Of a DNA stretch of 64,000 bases, positions 44,369 through 53,674 are shown piece after piece (positions within the stretch are counted from its first letter, which is position 1; every line of letters begins with the position of its first letter). A program made the translations under genes and the position numbers. Under the pieces are notes generated by a model. That model did not search any database. It had not been told where the DNA came from and saw only the letters and a program-made list of their open reading frames with translations. Source of the DNA: Candidatus Krumholzibacteriia bacterium (GTDB lineage: Bacteria; Krumholzibacteriota; Krumholzibacteriia; Krumholzibacteriales; Krumholzibacteriaceae). The stretch covers positions 1,824,001 to 1,888,000 of the forward strand of contig CAWIIQ010000001.1 of assembly GCA_963836185.1 (NCBI GenBank). Reading direction: 5' to 3'.

Positions 44369-45059
44369 ACGCGTCCTGGTACTAGTGGTGCTCGCGTTCT
44401 TCCTCTTCCTGTTCCTCAGCAGGGTCTCGAGGATTGACACTCCCGTTCAGCTGACCGGGGTCGGGGCCGGTTATGTAGACAGGAGCCTCGGGGAGCTCAA
44501 CTCACCCAACGTCGTTACGGCGGTGGTCGTGACCTACAGGGGAATCGACACACTCGGAGAGATAAGCGTCCTCTTCCTCGCCGCGGCGGCGATATCCCTT
44601 CTGCTCAGATCCGCCTCGAAGAAGGATAGTGAGGGCGGCACAAAAGAAAAAAGACAGGCCAGCGAGATCCTCACTACGGGAACGGACTTCCTCGTACCGG
44701 TGATAGTCTTCTTCGGTGTCTACATATTCCTCAACGGGCACCTGTCTCCAGGGGGAGGATTCCAGGGCGGCGCTGTAGTGGCATCGGCGGTCCTCCTTCT
44801 CTTCCTCGCCTACCCGGATTTCAGGCTGAGGCATGGGATACTCACTGCTCTCGAATCACTTTCAGGGACGGCCTACGTCGTGATCGCGGTCCTGGGGCTG
44901 GTACTCGCCTCGGGATTCCTCGACAGCAGGCTGCTCGCACTCGGAGAGACGGGAAGGATAATAAGCGCGGGAACGATCCCGCTCATATATACGGTAATAG
45001 GCCTTAAGGTGGGCACCGAGCTCGCGGGGATCATCGAGAGCCTCGGAGGTGACAGATGA
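44361..45059 (+). CDS. mnhB: MnhB-type subunit (MbxF-like, MbhE+F fusion)
   Basis: NVVTAVVVTYRGIDTLGE and GHLSPGGGFQGG. Confidence 0.9.
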   Translation: MIKRVLVLVVLAFFLFLFLSRVSRIDTPVQLTGVGAGYVDRSLGELNSPNVVTAVVVTYRGIDTLGEISVLFLAAAAISLLLRSASKKDSEGGTKEKRQASEILTTGTDFLVPVIVFFGVYIFLNGHLSPGGGFQGGAVVASAVLLLFLAYPDFRLRHGILTALESLSGTAYVVIAVLGLVLASGFLDSRLLALGETGRIISAGTIPLIYTVIGLKVGTELAGIIESLGGDR

Positions 45060-45397
45060 CCTCCCTTGCAATGATCACAGGCGGACTTCTCATGGCGGTA
45101 GGGTTCTGGGGGATCCTCACCAGAAGGAACCTCATAAGGATCATACTTTCCCTTGCCATAGCCGAGACGGGGCTGCACCTCGTAATGATAGCGGTCGGAT
45201 ACGTGCGCGCGGGAAAGGCTCCGATACTCGACCAGGCCGCCGCGGGTCAGACCGTCGATCCTGTGCCGCAGGCGCTGGTCCTGACGGCGATCGTGATCGG
45301 TGTGGCAGTCAACGCCCTCCTGCTCGCACTCGTGATCAGGCTCTACAGGAAAAAGGGCACGCTGAACGTTGAGGACTTCAGGGAGCTGAAATGGTAA
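45056..45397 (+). CDS. mnhC: MnhC/NuoK-like subunit (MbxG)
   Basis: DPVPQALVLTAIVI. Confidence 0.92.
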   Translation: MTSLAMITGGLLMAVGFWGILTRRNLIRIILSLAIAETGLHLVMIAVGYVRAGKAPILDQAAAGQTVDPVPQALVLTAIVIGVAVNALLLALVIRLYRKKGTLNVEDFRELKW

Positions 45398-48300
45398 ACC
45401 CTGTATGGATAATCGCGGCAGGCCTCGGCGCCGCATTCCTCATGCCGCTTGCTGAAAAGGCGGGCAGGCCGGTGATGCGCCTGCTTATATCAGCCGCGCT
45501 GCTCTTTATGACATACATACCGGTGAGGCATTTCATCGAGATCGTGTTCTGCCGTGCCGACGCTGTGATGGTATATACGGCCGGGTTCCGGCCTCCGTTC
45601 TCAATCGTACTCAGGATGGGCGCGGAAGAAGCAGCGCTGGCAGCGGCGGCAGGGCTGCTCGCTCTACTCGGTTATCTGTATATGAACAGGCAGCTCGGCA
45701 GCGGAGGGAGCGCCGCCCACTCTCTCTTTCTTCTCTTCGTCATGGGTATCGACGGTATGGTGATGACGAGGGACCTATTCAATCTCTTCGTCTTCCTCGA
45801 GGTCTTGGCGATATCGAGCTATGCTCTGATCGCGATGGAAGGCTCGCTGAGATCGATATCCGCCGCGCTGAAGTACGCTCTGGCCGGCGGGGTCGCGACG
45901 ATCTTCCTCCTCATAGGGATAATCTTCCTCTACAGGGCCGGGGGATCACTCGACATCGACCTTCTCGCCTCATCGGCAGCTGCCGCTGCAGCGCCGGTGG
46001 CCGCCTTCATGCTCGTCTTCGCCCTCCTCATAGAGTCGAAGCAGTTCCCGGCCAACGGGTGGGCCCTCGATGTCTACGAGGCGGCAGATCCTGGAATGGC
46101 CGCGATGATATCGGCCGGTTCGACAGGCGCGGTGCTCTTCGCTCTCTGGAAGATCATCCCCCTGGCCGGAGAGACCTGGTACGGCGTGATAGCGATCGCG
46201 GGTATAGCGACATTTGTGCTCTCCAACCTGATGGGCCTCAAGCAGACCAGCGTCAGAAGAATGCTCGGCTATTCGTCTGTTGCCCAGACCGGACTTATCA
46301 TATTCGTCATAGGAGTCGGCAGGATATCTGACTTCTCCGCAGGGACCTGGGGATTTATCCTCGCTGCCCTCTTCTTCAACCATTTCCTGGCCAAGGCGGG
46401 CCTGTTCTGGCTGGCAGGGATCATCGGACGAGATCGCATCAACGAGTGGAAGGCCATAGCAGGACGCCCCCTTCTGCTCGCTCTCATGGGGTTGTTCATC
46501 ATCTCACTCGTCGGGATTCCGCCGTTGGCAGGCTTCTGGGGAAAATACGCCCTGATAATGAGGCTGCACGGCGAAGGCGAATGGATATTCAGGGGACTCG
46601 TCCTTCTCGGCTCTCTTCTCGAGGCGGCCTACCTGCTCAGGTGGTTCGGTTACGCCGTTGGCGGAGAGAGATCCGGCAATGAGGAGATCTCGATAAGCTT
46701 CTCATCGATACTGCCTCCGGTATTCTTCGCCGTACTGTCTCTGGCCACAGCCTGGTTCCTCTCGATACACTCTCTCGGCGATCCTCCCCTCTTTATGGCT
46801 GTCCTGCTCGCCGGCATCATACTCTTCGCCCTCGGCAGGCTCCCCGATATGATAAAGGGGCTCCTCTCGACAGGAGCCATTGGCTGGCTGGCCTGGCATA
46901 TCATCCCGGCTTCATCGGGCTATCCCCAGTTCTTCGCCGGAGTTTTCCTGATCGGAGGAGGAGTGATCCTTATCGCTTCGATGGCGAGGCGAGGACACTC
47001 TTTCGGCTTCCACGCGCTGGTAGTGACGATGCTCGGCTCTCTCGCCGGCCTCACGACGGCGGCGGGGCCGGCTGAGTTCTTCATTTGCTGGGAACTGATG
47101 ACTGTATCTTCATATCTTCTCATACTCCGGGGCAGGAAAGCCGGTCTGCCCGCGATGATGTATATCCTCTTTTCGCTCGGAGGAGCATACCTACTTCTCG
47201 CAGGACTGGCCGCGGGCAAGCCGCCAGGTTCAGGCTGGGCGGGATTCTCCGGAGGTTGGGAAAACTTCACCTGGACCGCTGCGGCCCTTTCTCTCGCCGC
47301 GGCCGGCTTCCTCGTAAAGGCCGCGACTCTCGGTGCCCATATCTGGGCCCCCGGCTCATACGCGGAAGCGGAAGACGACGCGAGCCCGATCCTCTCAGGG
47401 GTCCTTTCAAAGGCCGGGATATTCGGGCTAGTCACAGCGTTCAGTGCCGCTGCCGCCTCAGGTCTCGAAGCTGACACACTCTACACTATAATCGGATGGC
47501 TCGGGGCGCTGACCGCCCTCTTTGCCACGCTGTACGCATGTTTCCAGGAAGACATGAAGAAACTGCTCGCGTGGTCGAGCATCGGCCAGGTCGGGTACAT
47601 CGTGCTCGGGCTCGCCGCGATGAACAACATGGGATGGACCGCGGCAGCCTGGCAGACTGTCGCCCATCTGCTTTTCAAGGGACTTCTCTTCCTTGCCATC
47701 GCCGGCGTGATACTTCGCACCGGCACGCGGAACATGTACGAGACGGGCGGACTGATCAAGAAGATGCCGGCGACCTTCATCTCGGTCCTGATCGGGATAA
47801 TCGCCCTTTCCGGCGTCCCCCCGCTGACCGGTTTCGCGGCGAAGTGGCTGCTCTACCAGGCGCTGATCGAGAGGGGCTGGTATCTGCAGGCGGGGATGGC
47901 CTTCTTCTCGAGCACTATCGCCTTCCTATACTGCTTCAGGCTGATACACGCGATATTCCTCGGTCAGGCTAAACCGAAGCACGCCCATGTGAAGGAAGCC
48001 CCGATCCTGATGCTGATCCCTCAGTACATCCTGATAATGGGGATAATGCTTTTCTCGACCTTCCCCGGCAGGCTGATCCAGCCCGCCTCGGCCATGGCAT
48101 CGAAGCTCTTCCCATCCCCGTTCGTATGGGACGGCTTCTCCGTGTCGACGCCGCTCGGACATCTCAACGGGACATTCCTGATGCTCCTGGTCTGCGCCCT
48201 CTTCGGCCTGATGCTCCTCTTCCTTCTGCTGAAGGGACCGAGGCCGAGAAAGATCGGGCAGCTAAATATAGTATTCGCCGCGGAGAGGCCGGAGTCTCCG

Positions 48301-48522
48301 GCGACGACGCACTACGCGTGGGCATTCTTCGAACCGTACCGCCGCGCCGTCTCGCCGGTCCTCAAACCGCTCGTCAGAAATTTCTGGGAAGGGGTCTGTG
48401 AGTGGACGGTCACGCTCGGAGCGATGCTCAGGCACATATATACAGGTAACGCGCAGACCAACCTGCTCTTTATCCTCATTTACGGTATCGCGCTCTTCTT
48501 CATCTCGGGAGGCTCACTATGA
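45391..48522 (+). CDS. Fused tandem MrpD/NuoL-M-N-type antiporter subunit (MbxH-MbxH' fusion)
   Basis: Two Proton_antipo_M-like halves: FNLFVFLE...RMLGYSS...GIPPLAGFWGK, and FFICWELM...KLLAWSS...GVPPLTGFAAK. Confidence 0.9.
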   Translation: MVNPVWIIAAGLGAAFLMPLAEKAGRPVMRLLISAALLFMTYIPVRHFIEIVFCRADAVMVYTAGFRPPFSIVLRMGAEEAALAAAAGLLALLGYLYMNRQLGSGGSAAHSLFLLFVMGIDGMVMTRDLFNLFVFLEVLAISSYALIAMEGSLRSISAALKYALAGGVATIFLLIGIIFLYRAGGSLDIDLLASSAAAAAAPVAAFMLVFALLIESKQFPANGWALDVYEAADPGMAAMISAGSTGAVLFALWKIIPLAGETWYGVIAIAGIATFVLSNLMGLKQTSVRRMLGYSSVAQTGLIIFVIGVGRISDFSAGTWGFILAALFFNHFLAKAGLFWLAGIIGRDRINEWKAIAGRPLLLALMGLFIISLVGIPPLAGFWGKYALIMRLHGEGEWIFRGLVLLGSLLEAAYLLRWFGYAVGGERSGNEEISISFSSILPPVFFAVLSLATAWFLSIHSLGDPPLFMAVLLAGIILFALGRLPDMIKGLLSTGAIGWLAWHIIPASSGYPQFFAGVFLIGGGVILIASMARRGHSFGFHALVVTMLGSLAGLTTAAGPAEFFICWELMTVSSYLLILRGRKAGLPAMMYILFSLGGAYLLLAGLAAGKPPGSGWAGFSGGWENFTWTAAALSLAAAGFLVKAATLGAHIWAPGSYAEAEDDASPILSGVLSKAGIFGLVTAFSAAAASGLEADTLYTIIGWLGALTALFATLYACFQEDMKKLLAWSSIGQVGYIVLGLAAMNNMGWTAAAWQTVAHLLFKGLLFLAIAGVILRTGTRNMYETGGLIKKMPATFISVLIGIIALSGVPPLTGFAAKWLLYQALIERGWYLQAGMAFFSSTIAFLYCFRLIHAIFLGQAKPKHAHVKEAPILMLIPQYILIMGIMLFSTFPGRLIQPASAMASKLFPSPFVWDGFSVSTPLGHLNGTFLMLLVCALFGLMLLFLLLKGPRPRKIGQLNIVFAAERPESPATTHYAWAFFEPYRRAVSPVLKPLVRNFWEGVCEWTVTLGAMLRHIYTGNAQTNLLFILIYGIALFFISGGSL

Positions 48523-49433
48523 ACCGCGAGCTCCTCGTGATGATCGGGAAGGCGATCGCCTCCCTCTTCCTTATCGCTAATTACGGCCTGATTCTCTCTG
48601 GCGTGATGTACAAGATCATAGCGAGAGTGCACGGCCGGTACGGCCCCCCTGTCTGGCAGCCGTATATCAACCTCTTCAAGCTCCTCTCGATGAGGACCGC
48701 CGTCTCGCACGGGATCATGTTCTATCTCGGCCCTGTTTTCCGGATCACGGGAGGCGTCGGACTCTACCTCCTGATCCCCGCGGTATACGGTTCCTCATGG
48801 CTGAGCAACTTCAGCTTCACAGGTGACGTCATCCTCGTGATGTACTTCATATTCTTCGGGATGCTCGGGATGGCTCTCGGCGCCGCCGAGAGCGGCCACC
48901 CCTATTCGGCGATCGGCGTGATGAGGGGACTGGTGCAGAACACGGCATCGGAGCTCCCCTTCGTGCTTGCCGTCCTGGCACTCGTCGCTCAATACAAGAC
49001 GCTTTCCATAACTGGTATCGTCGCGGCCCAGCAGGGCGGCTTCGCCAACTGGACGGTATTCACAAATCCGCTCGCTACGATCGCGGCGATGCTCGCGTTT
49101 ATCGGCATGATGCACAGGTCGCCGTTCGACGTACACCTCGCTCCGCAGGAGATCCCGGTCGGTCCGCCGACCGAGTTCCACAGCAGCTATCTGTTCATGA
49201 TGTCGCTGAACCGCTCCTTCTTCGGCTCGGCAAAACTCGTTCTCTTCGCCAACCTCTTCTTCGGAGGAGCGACCTCCATCCCGGAGCTTGTCGCGAAGAC
49301 GTTCCTTATAATGCTATGGACGGTCTTCGTAGGAGCCGTATTCCCGCGCTACCGCCTCGAGCAGTCGGTGCGATGGCTCCTCAAGGTACCGACACTTATC
49401 GGATTACTGGCGCTGGCGCTGCAGATGTTTTAA
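48519..49433 (+). CDS. NuoH-like membrane subunit (MbxM)
   Basis: ARVHGRYGPPVWQP, PFDVHLAPQE...GPPTE and PRYRLEQ. Confidence 0.9.
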   Translation: MNRELLVMIGKAIASLFLIANYGLILSGVMYKIIARVHGRYGPPVWQPYINLFKLLSMRTAVSHGIMFYLGPVFRITGGVGLYLLIPAVYGSSWLSNFSFTGDVILVMYFIFFGMLGMALGAAESGHPYSAIGVMRGLVQNTASELPFVLAVLALVAQYKTLSITGIVAAQQGGFANWTVFTNPLATIAAMLAFIGMMHRSPFDVHLAPQEIPVGPPTEFHSSYLFMMSLNRSFFGSAKLVLFANLFFGGATSIPELVAKTFLIMLWTVFVGAVFPRYRLEQSVRWLLKVPTLIGLLALALQMF

Positions 49434-49444
49434 AGGACAGCAAT

Positions 49445-50101
49445 ATGGATGACCAGAAGATGAAACACAGATCACCCGTCCCGGAAGAGGAACTCCTCTC
49501 CCCCGACTCTTTCCTCGCTCCCGAGGAACGAGGTCTCTTCTGCCAGGACAGGCCCGAGCCGGCAGAGCCGTCGAAGATCAAGATCGTCCGCGACTTCTGC
49601 AACTGGGCACAGGCCAACTCGGTATTCATCCTCGCCTTCGGAACGGGATGCGGGGCGATAGAGATGAGGCCGCTCTTTACGGCTCGCTACGACATCTCCC
49701 GCTACGGGATGTTCCCGAGGCCGACCCCGAGGATGTCCGGCCTGTTTATCATCGGCGGATACGCGTCGGTCAAGACGATGAAGAGGATCGTGCGAAGCTA
49801 CGAGCAGATGCAGAATCCCAAGTTCGTGATGGGGCTGGGAAGCTGCACTGTCAACGGCGGGATGTACTGGGACAGCTATAATACAGTGAAGAGACTCGAT
49901 CATTACATACCGGTCGACACATATGTCGCCGGATGCATGCCAAGGCCCGAATCGCTGATAGCGGGATTCGGCCGTATCAAGGAACTCATCAAGGAAGGCA
50001 AGGCCGAGGGCGCGAACGAGTACGCGAAGAACTTCGAATGGTACAAGCGCAATCAGCGAAGGATCATCAAGGACTGGAACATGCCGGAGTACAACTGGTA
50101 G
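49445..50101 (+). CDS. NuoB-like Fe-S subunit (MbxJ)
   Basis: GTGCGAIEM, GSCTVNGG and GCMPRPE. Confidence 0.9.
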   Translation: MDDQKMKHRSPVPEEELLSPDSFLAPEERGLFCQDRPEPAEPSKIKIVRDFCNWAQANSVFILAFGTGCGAIEMRPLFTARYDISRYGMFPRPTPRMSGLFIIGGYASVKTMKRIVRSYEQMQNPKFVMGLGSCTVNGGMYWDSYNTVKRLDHYIPVDTYVAGCMPRPESLIAGFGRIKELIKEGKAEGANEYAKNFEWYKRNQRRIIKDWNMPEYNW

Positions 50102-50106
50102 TCGAT

Positions 50107-50712
50107 ATGGAAAAGACACTGAAGATACTGGAGCAGCGATTCGAGGGAAAGGATCCCCGCGTCAGGCGCGGCGACCTCTCCTTCATCTCAATTCCGAAGA
50201 AACATGCCGTTGAAGCGGTGATGTGGATGCGCGACCACGGAGGATTCACGCACCTCGTGATGATATCCTGCGTCGACCGGATCGAGGATGAAGTATTCGA
50301 ACTCATCTACCTGCTTAACAATCCTGGCGAACGGATCGATATCGGCATATGCGTCGAGATCAGCCGCGATGGGGCCGTGATGGAAAGCATGCATCACCTC
50401 TGGGCGGGCGTGAGGGTCTATCAGCGGGAGATGCGGGAGATGTTCGGGATAGATTTTCCGGGAAGCCCGGGCGTCGAAGAGCCGATGATCCTCGAAGGGT
50501 GGGACGATATCCCCCCGATGAGGCGGGACTTCGATACTCTCGAGTACGCGGAGAGGACATATTATCCCCGGGAGGGGCGTTCGACGTGCGACCCGGCATC
50601 CGAGATGGAAGAACGCTCGTATCCTCTCGAGGCCGACGTCAAGCGAGGCATCAGGAAGCTTACGAGATCGGGATACGGCGATAATGGGGAAAAGACAAAG
50701 GAAAAGGAATGA
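50107..50712 (+). CDS. NuoC-like subunit (MbxK)
   Basis: YQREMREMFGIDFPG and PPMRRDFD. Confidence 0.9.
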   Translation: MEKTLKILEQRFEGKDPRVRRGDLSFISIPKKHAVEAVMWMRDHGGFTHLVMISCVDRIEDEVFELIYLLNNPGERIDIGICVEISRDGAVMESMHHLWAGVRVYQREMREMFGIDFPGSPGVEEPMILEGWDDIPPMRRDFDTLEYAERTYYPREGRSTCDPASEMEERSYPLEADVKRGIRKLTRSGYGDNGEKTKEKE

Positions 50713-51881
50713 CCGGCGCCGACGAACATAAAGATCCCTGGTACCCCTTCTGGGCGGAGCGCCCGCACTGCGACCTCGAGTCGGAGAAGTACCTGAAGAT
50801 CTGGCAGGGGCCCCAGCATCCCGGCGTCACCGGGAACATGGCGCTCGAGCTCACTGTCGAAGGTGACATCGTCGCGGACTGCAAGGTCCACGTCGGATAC
50901 CTGCACAGGGGATTCGAGAAACTGATGGAACGAAGGAAGTATATGAACTGCTTCCCGATCGTATGCCGGATCTGCGTCCCCGAACCTGACTACAACGAGT
51001 ACCTCTTCGCCTCCGCCACAGAAGAGCTGGCCGGCGTAGAGATCCCCGAGAGAGCGAAATGGATCCGGGCCCTGACGCTCGAGCTCGCGAGGATCGCCTC
51101 ACTGACCATGGGCCTCGGCGGCCAGGCAGGGTCCTTCGGCCTCGGCACGGTCGGCCAGTGGTGCATAGTCCACCGCGATTACGTGCTCGACCTGTTCGAG
51201 GAGCTCTCGGGACACCGGATATATCACATGTACATCCTGCCCGGCGGCGTCAGGCACGACCTCACTCCAGGTTTCAGGGAAAAGACCGATGCGGTCCTTC
51301 TCAAGATAGAGAAACTGATGGACGACGTTCAGAAAGTACTCTTCGATAACGCCGTGATCAAGGCAAGGACCAACGGACTGGGCATAATACCGAACGAATG
51401 GATCGATCCGTTCGGCATAGTCGGCACCAACGCGAGGGCGGCAGGCGGCGACAGGGACGTTCGAAAGGACCATCCTTACCTCGTCTATGACCAGCTCGAC
51501 TTCGACACGATAGTCGGAGACCTCTCCGATGCCTACGGCCGGTCGTTGCTTCGCAAGAGAGAGATCCTGATGGCCTGCGATCTGGTCAGGCAGATATTGA
51601 AGAATATGCCTGAGGGCCCGGTAAGGACGAAGCTGCCCAATCCCCTTCACTGGAGGATCCCGGCAGGCGAGACATACGTTCGAGCGGAATCGGGGCGCGG
51701 GGAGATGGGATATTTCATAGCCTCGGACGGAAGCGGATTCCCGAGACGCGTACATGTGCGCGGCCCGAGCTATACGCACGCGATGGCACTCTTCGAGGAA
51801 CTTATCAGGGGCATCAGCATTGCCGACGTCGCCGGACTGATGACATCTCTCCAGACATGCCCGCCGGAGATAGAAAGATAG
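50709..51881 (+). CDS. NuoD-like catalytic subunit lacking the full NiFe ligand set (MbxL)
   Basis: GPQHP, GYLHRGFEKL, RICVPEPD and C-terminal CPPEIER. Confidence 0.9.
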   Translation: MTGADEHKDPWYPFWAERPHCDLESEKYLKIWQGPQHPGVTGNMALELTVEGDIVADCKVHVGYLHRGFEKLMERRKYMNCFPIVCRICVPEPDYNEYLFASATEELAGVEIPERAKWIRALTLELARIASLTMGLGGQAGSFGLGTVGQWCIVHRDYVLDLFEELSGHRIYHMYILPGGVRHDLTPGFREKTDAVLLKIEKLMDDVQKVLFDNAVIKARTNGLGIIPNEWIDPFGIVGTNARAAGGDRDVRKDHPYLVYDQLDFDTIVGDLSDAYGRSLLRKREILMACDLVRQILKNMPEGPVRTKLPNPLHWRIPAGETYVRAESGRGEMGYFIASDGSGFPRRVHVRGPSYTHAMALFEELIRGISIADVAGLMTSLQTCPPEIER

Positions 51882-51883
51882 AT

Positions 51884-53674
51884 ATGTGGAAGCTTAGAGA
51901 TATAATTTCCCCCTTTTACGCGTGGAAGCGAGCGTTCGAGAAACCGTACACGATCAAGAAACCCATGGTCGAACGTGACGGGCCTCCGCTCTATCGCGGG
52001 TTCCATACGAACGATCTCGGCAAATGCATCGGCTGCGGTTCGTGCGAGGAGATCTGCCAGAACGCGGCCATAGACATGAATCGTGTCGAAGGTATAGAGC
52101 CGGCTCTCGGCGACAGCGGCCTGCGTCCCGCAATAGATTACGGCCGCTGCTGCTGGTGCGCCCTCTGCGTAGATATCTGTCCGACCACTTCTCTCGCGAT
52201 GTCGAACCAGTATAACTGGATCTCGGACGACGGTGAAGACTGGGTCTTCACTCCGGGTGTCGACGACGGCGGATGGAACGAAGACAAGCTCGGCTACAAG
52301 AGGGACGAATGCGCATGGCTCCTCGACCCGGCAGAACAGAAGATGCCTGTCATCGATCCCGATGAACGAAAAATGCATTTTGACGAGATGGCCCTCGGTT
52401 ATGGCGACAGTGAGGCCATGGACGAGGCGATAAGGTGTCTCGACTGCGGCCTCTGCGTCGAAGCCTGCCCAACGCACATGGATGTCCCCGCGTATATCAG
52501 ATCTATCCGGGACGGCGACCTCAATGAGGGGCTCCGGCTCCTCTACGACACGAATCCCTTCTCGGAGAGCTGCGGCCGCGTATGCACGGCGAAGTGTCAG
52601 GACGCATGCGCCCTCGGTCACCTCGGTGAGCCGATAATGATCAGGTGGCTCAAGAGGTATATCACCGACAACACCCTCGACCGCAGAAACACGGTCCTCG
52701 GTATCGACAACCACGCTCCCCGTACGGGAAAGAAGATCGCCGTCGTCGGCGGCGGCCCCTCCGGCCTGACCGCGGCCTTCTACCTCGAGCGATTCGGTCA
52801 CGACGTGACCGTGTTCGAGCGTTCCGAAAAACCGGGCGGGATGCTCAGGACCGGGATACCCGACTACCGTCTCCCGGCCGGCGTCCTCGCGAGAGAGATC
52901 GATGTGATACTCGATTCGGGCGTAGAGCTTCGGACAGGCGTCGATATAGGCGGCGAAGTGACTGTATCGAAGTTAAGAGAAGAATATGATTCGGTATACA
53001 TCTCCGTCGGCGCGCAGGAAGGATCGAGTATGCCTATTGAGGGCATCGACCTGCCGCGCGTACTGATCGGTGTCGATCTTCTCGCCCGTATCGCGGCTGG
53101 TGAACGTCCCTCCCTCGGCGACAAGGTCGCCGTGATAGGTGGCGGGAACACTGCTATGGATGTCTGCCGCTCCGCCGTACGGCTCGGAGCCGCGAAGGTC
53201 AACGTCCTCTACCGCAGGACCGAGAAAGAGATGCCGGCAGACGCGCTGGAGATCGAGGAGGCGAAAGAGGAAGGCGTCGAATTCGAGTTCCTCGTCTCCC
53301 CCGTTCGCATCACTGAAAAAGGCGGGAAACTCGACGTCGAATGCCAGAGGATGGAACTGGGCGAACCTGACGACAGTGGCAGGCGCAGGCCGGTCCCTGT
53401 CGAGGGCTCCGAGTTCACCGTCCCGGTCGATACCTGCGTGATGGCCGTCGGCCAGCAGGTCGAGGGCTCCTTCGCTACGGCGGCCGGCGTAAAGATCACG
53501 CGTTGGAACACGTTCGATGTTGACGGCGACACGCTTGTCACTGACATCGAGGGCGTATTCGCCGGAGGAGACTGCGAGACCGGACCGGACGACGCTATAA
53601 GGGCAATCGCGTCGGGGAAGAAAGCCGCCTGGTTTATCAACGAATATCTCGGGAGGAAAACCGATGGACGATAA
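51884..53674 (+). CDS. NuoI-like 2x[4Fe-4S] domain fused to a GltD/NfnB-like FAD- and NADPH-binding oxidoreductase
   Basis: YRGFH, CIGCGSCEEIC, CCWCALCVDICP, RCLDC...CP, CGRVC...C...C, GGGPSG and GGGNTAMD...YRR. Confidence 0.9.
   Translation: MWKLRDIISPFYAWKRAFEKPYTIKKPMVERDGPPLYRGFHTNDLGKCIGCGSCEEICQNAAIDMNRVEGIEPALGDSGLRPAIDYGRCCWCALCVDICPTTSLAMSNQYNWISDDGEDWVFTPGVDDGGWNEDKLGYKRDECAWLLDPAEQKMPVIDPDERKMHFDEMALGYGDSEAMDEAIRCLDCGLCVEACPTHMDVPAYIRSIRDGDLNEGLRLLYDTNPFSESCGRVCTAKCQDACALGHLGEPIMIRWLKRYITDNTLDRRNTVLGIDNHAPRTGKKIAVVGGGPSGLTAAFYLERFGHDVTVFERSEKPGGMLRTGIPDYRLPAGVLAREIDVILDSGVELRTGVDIGGEVTVSKLREEYDSVYISVGAQEGSSMPIEGIDLPRVLIGVDLLARIAAGERPSLGDKVAVIGGGNTAMDVCRSAVRLGAAKVNVLYRRTEKEMPADALEIEEAKEEGVEFEFLVSPVRITEKGGKLDVECQRMELGEPDDSGRRRPVPVEGSEFTVPVDTCVMAVGQQVEGSFATAAGVKITRWNTFDVDGDTLVTDIEGVFAGGDCETGPDDAIRAIASGKKAAWFINEYLGRKTDGR

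Noticed and set aside
50709-51881. Group 4 [NiFe]-hydrogenase large subunit
   Set aside because: The canonical RxCxxC and DPCxxC motifs each lack their second Cys, and no maturation genes are nearby.
43038-53674. Canonical complex I (nuo) operon
   Set aside because: No nuoA/J/E/F/G; Mrp E/F/G/B subunits are present; the NuoB tandem CC is absent.
51884-53674. Glutamate synthase small subunit
   Set aside because: No gltB is nearby, and the protein is fused to a NuoI-like domain within the operon.
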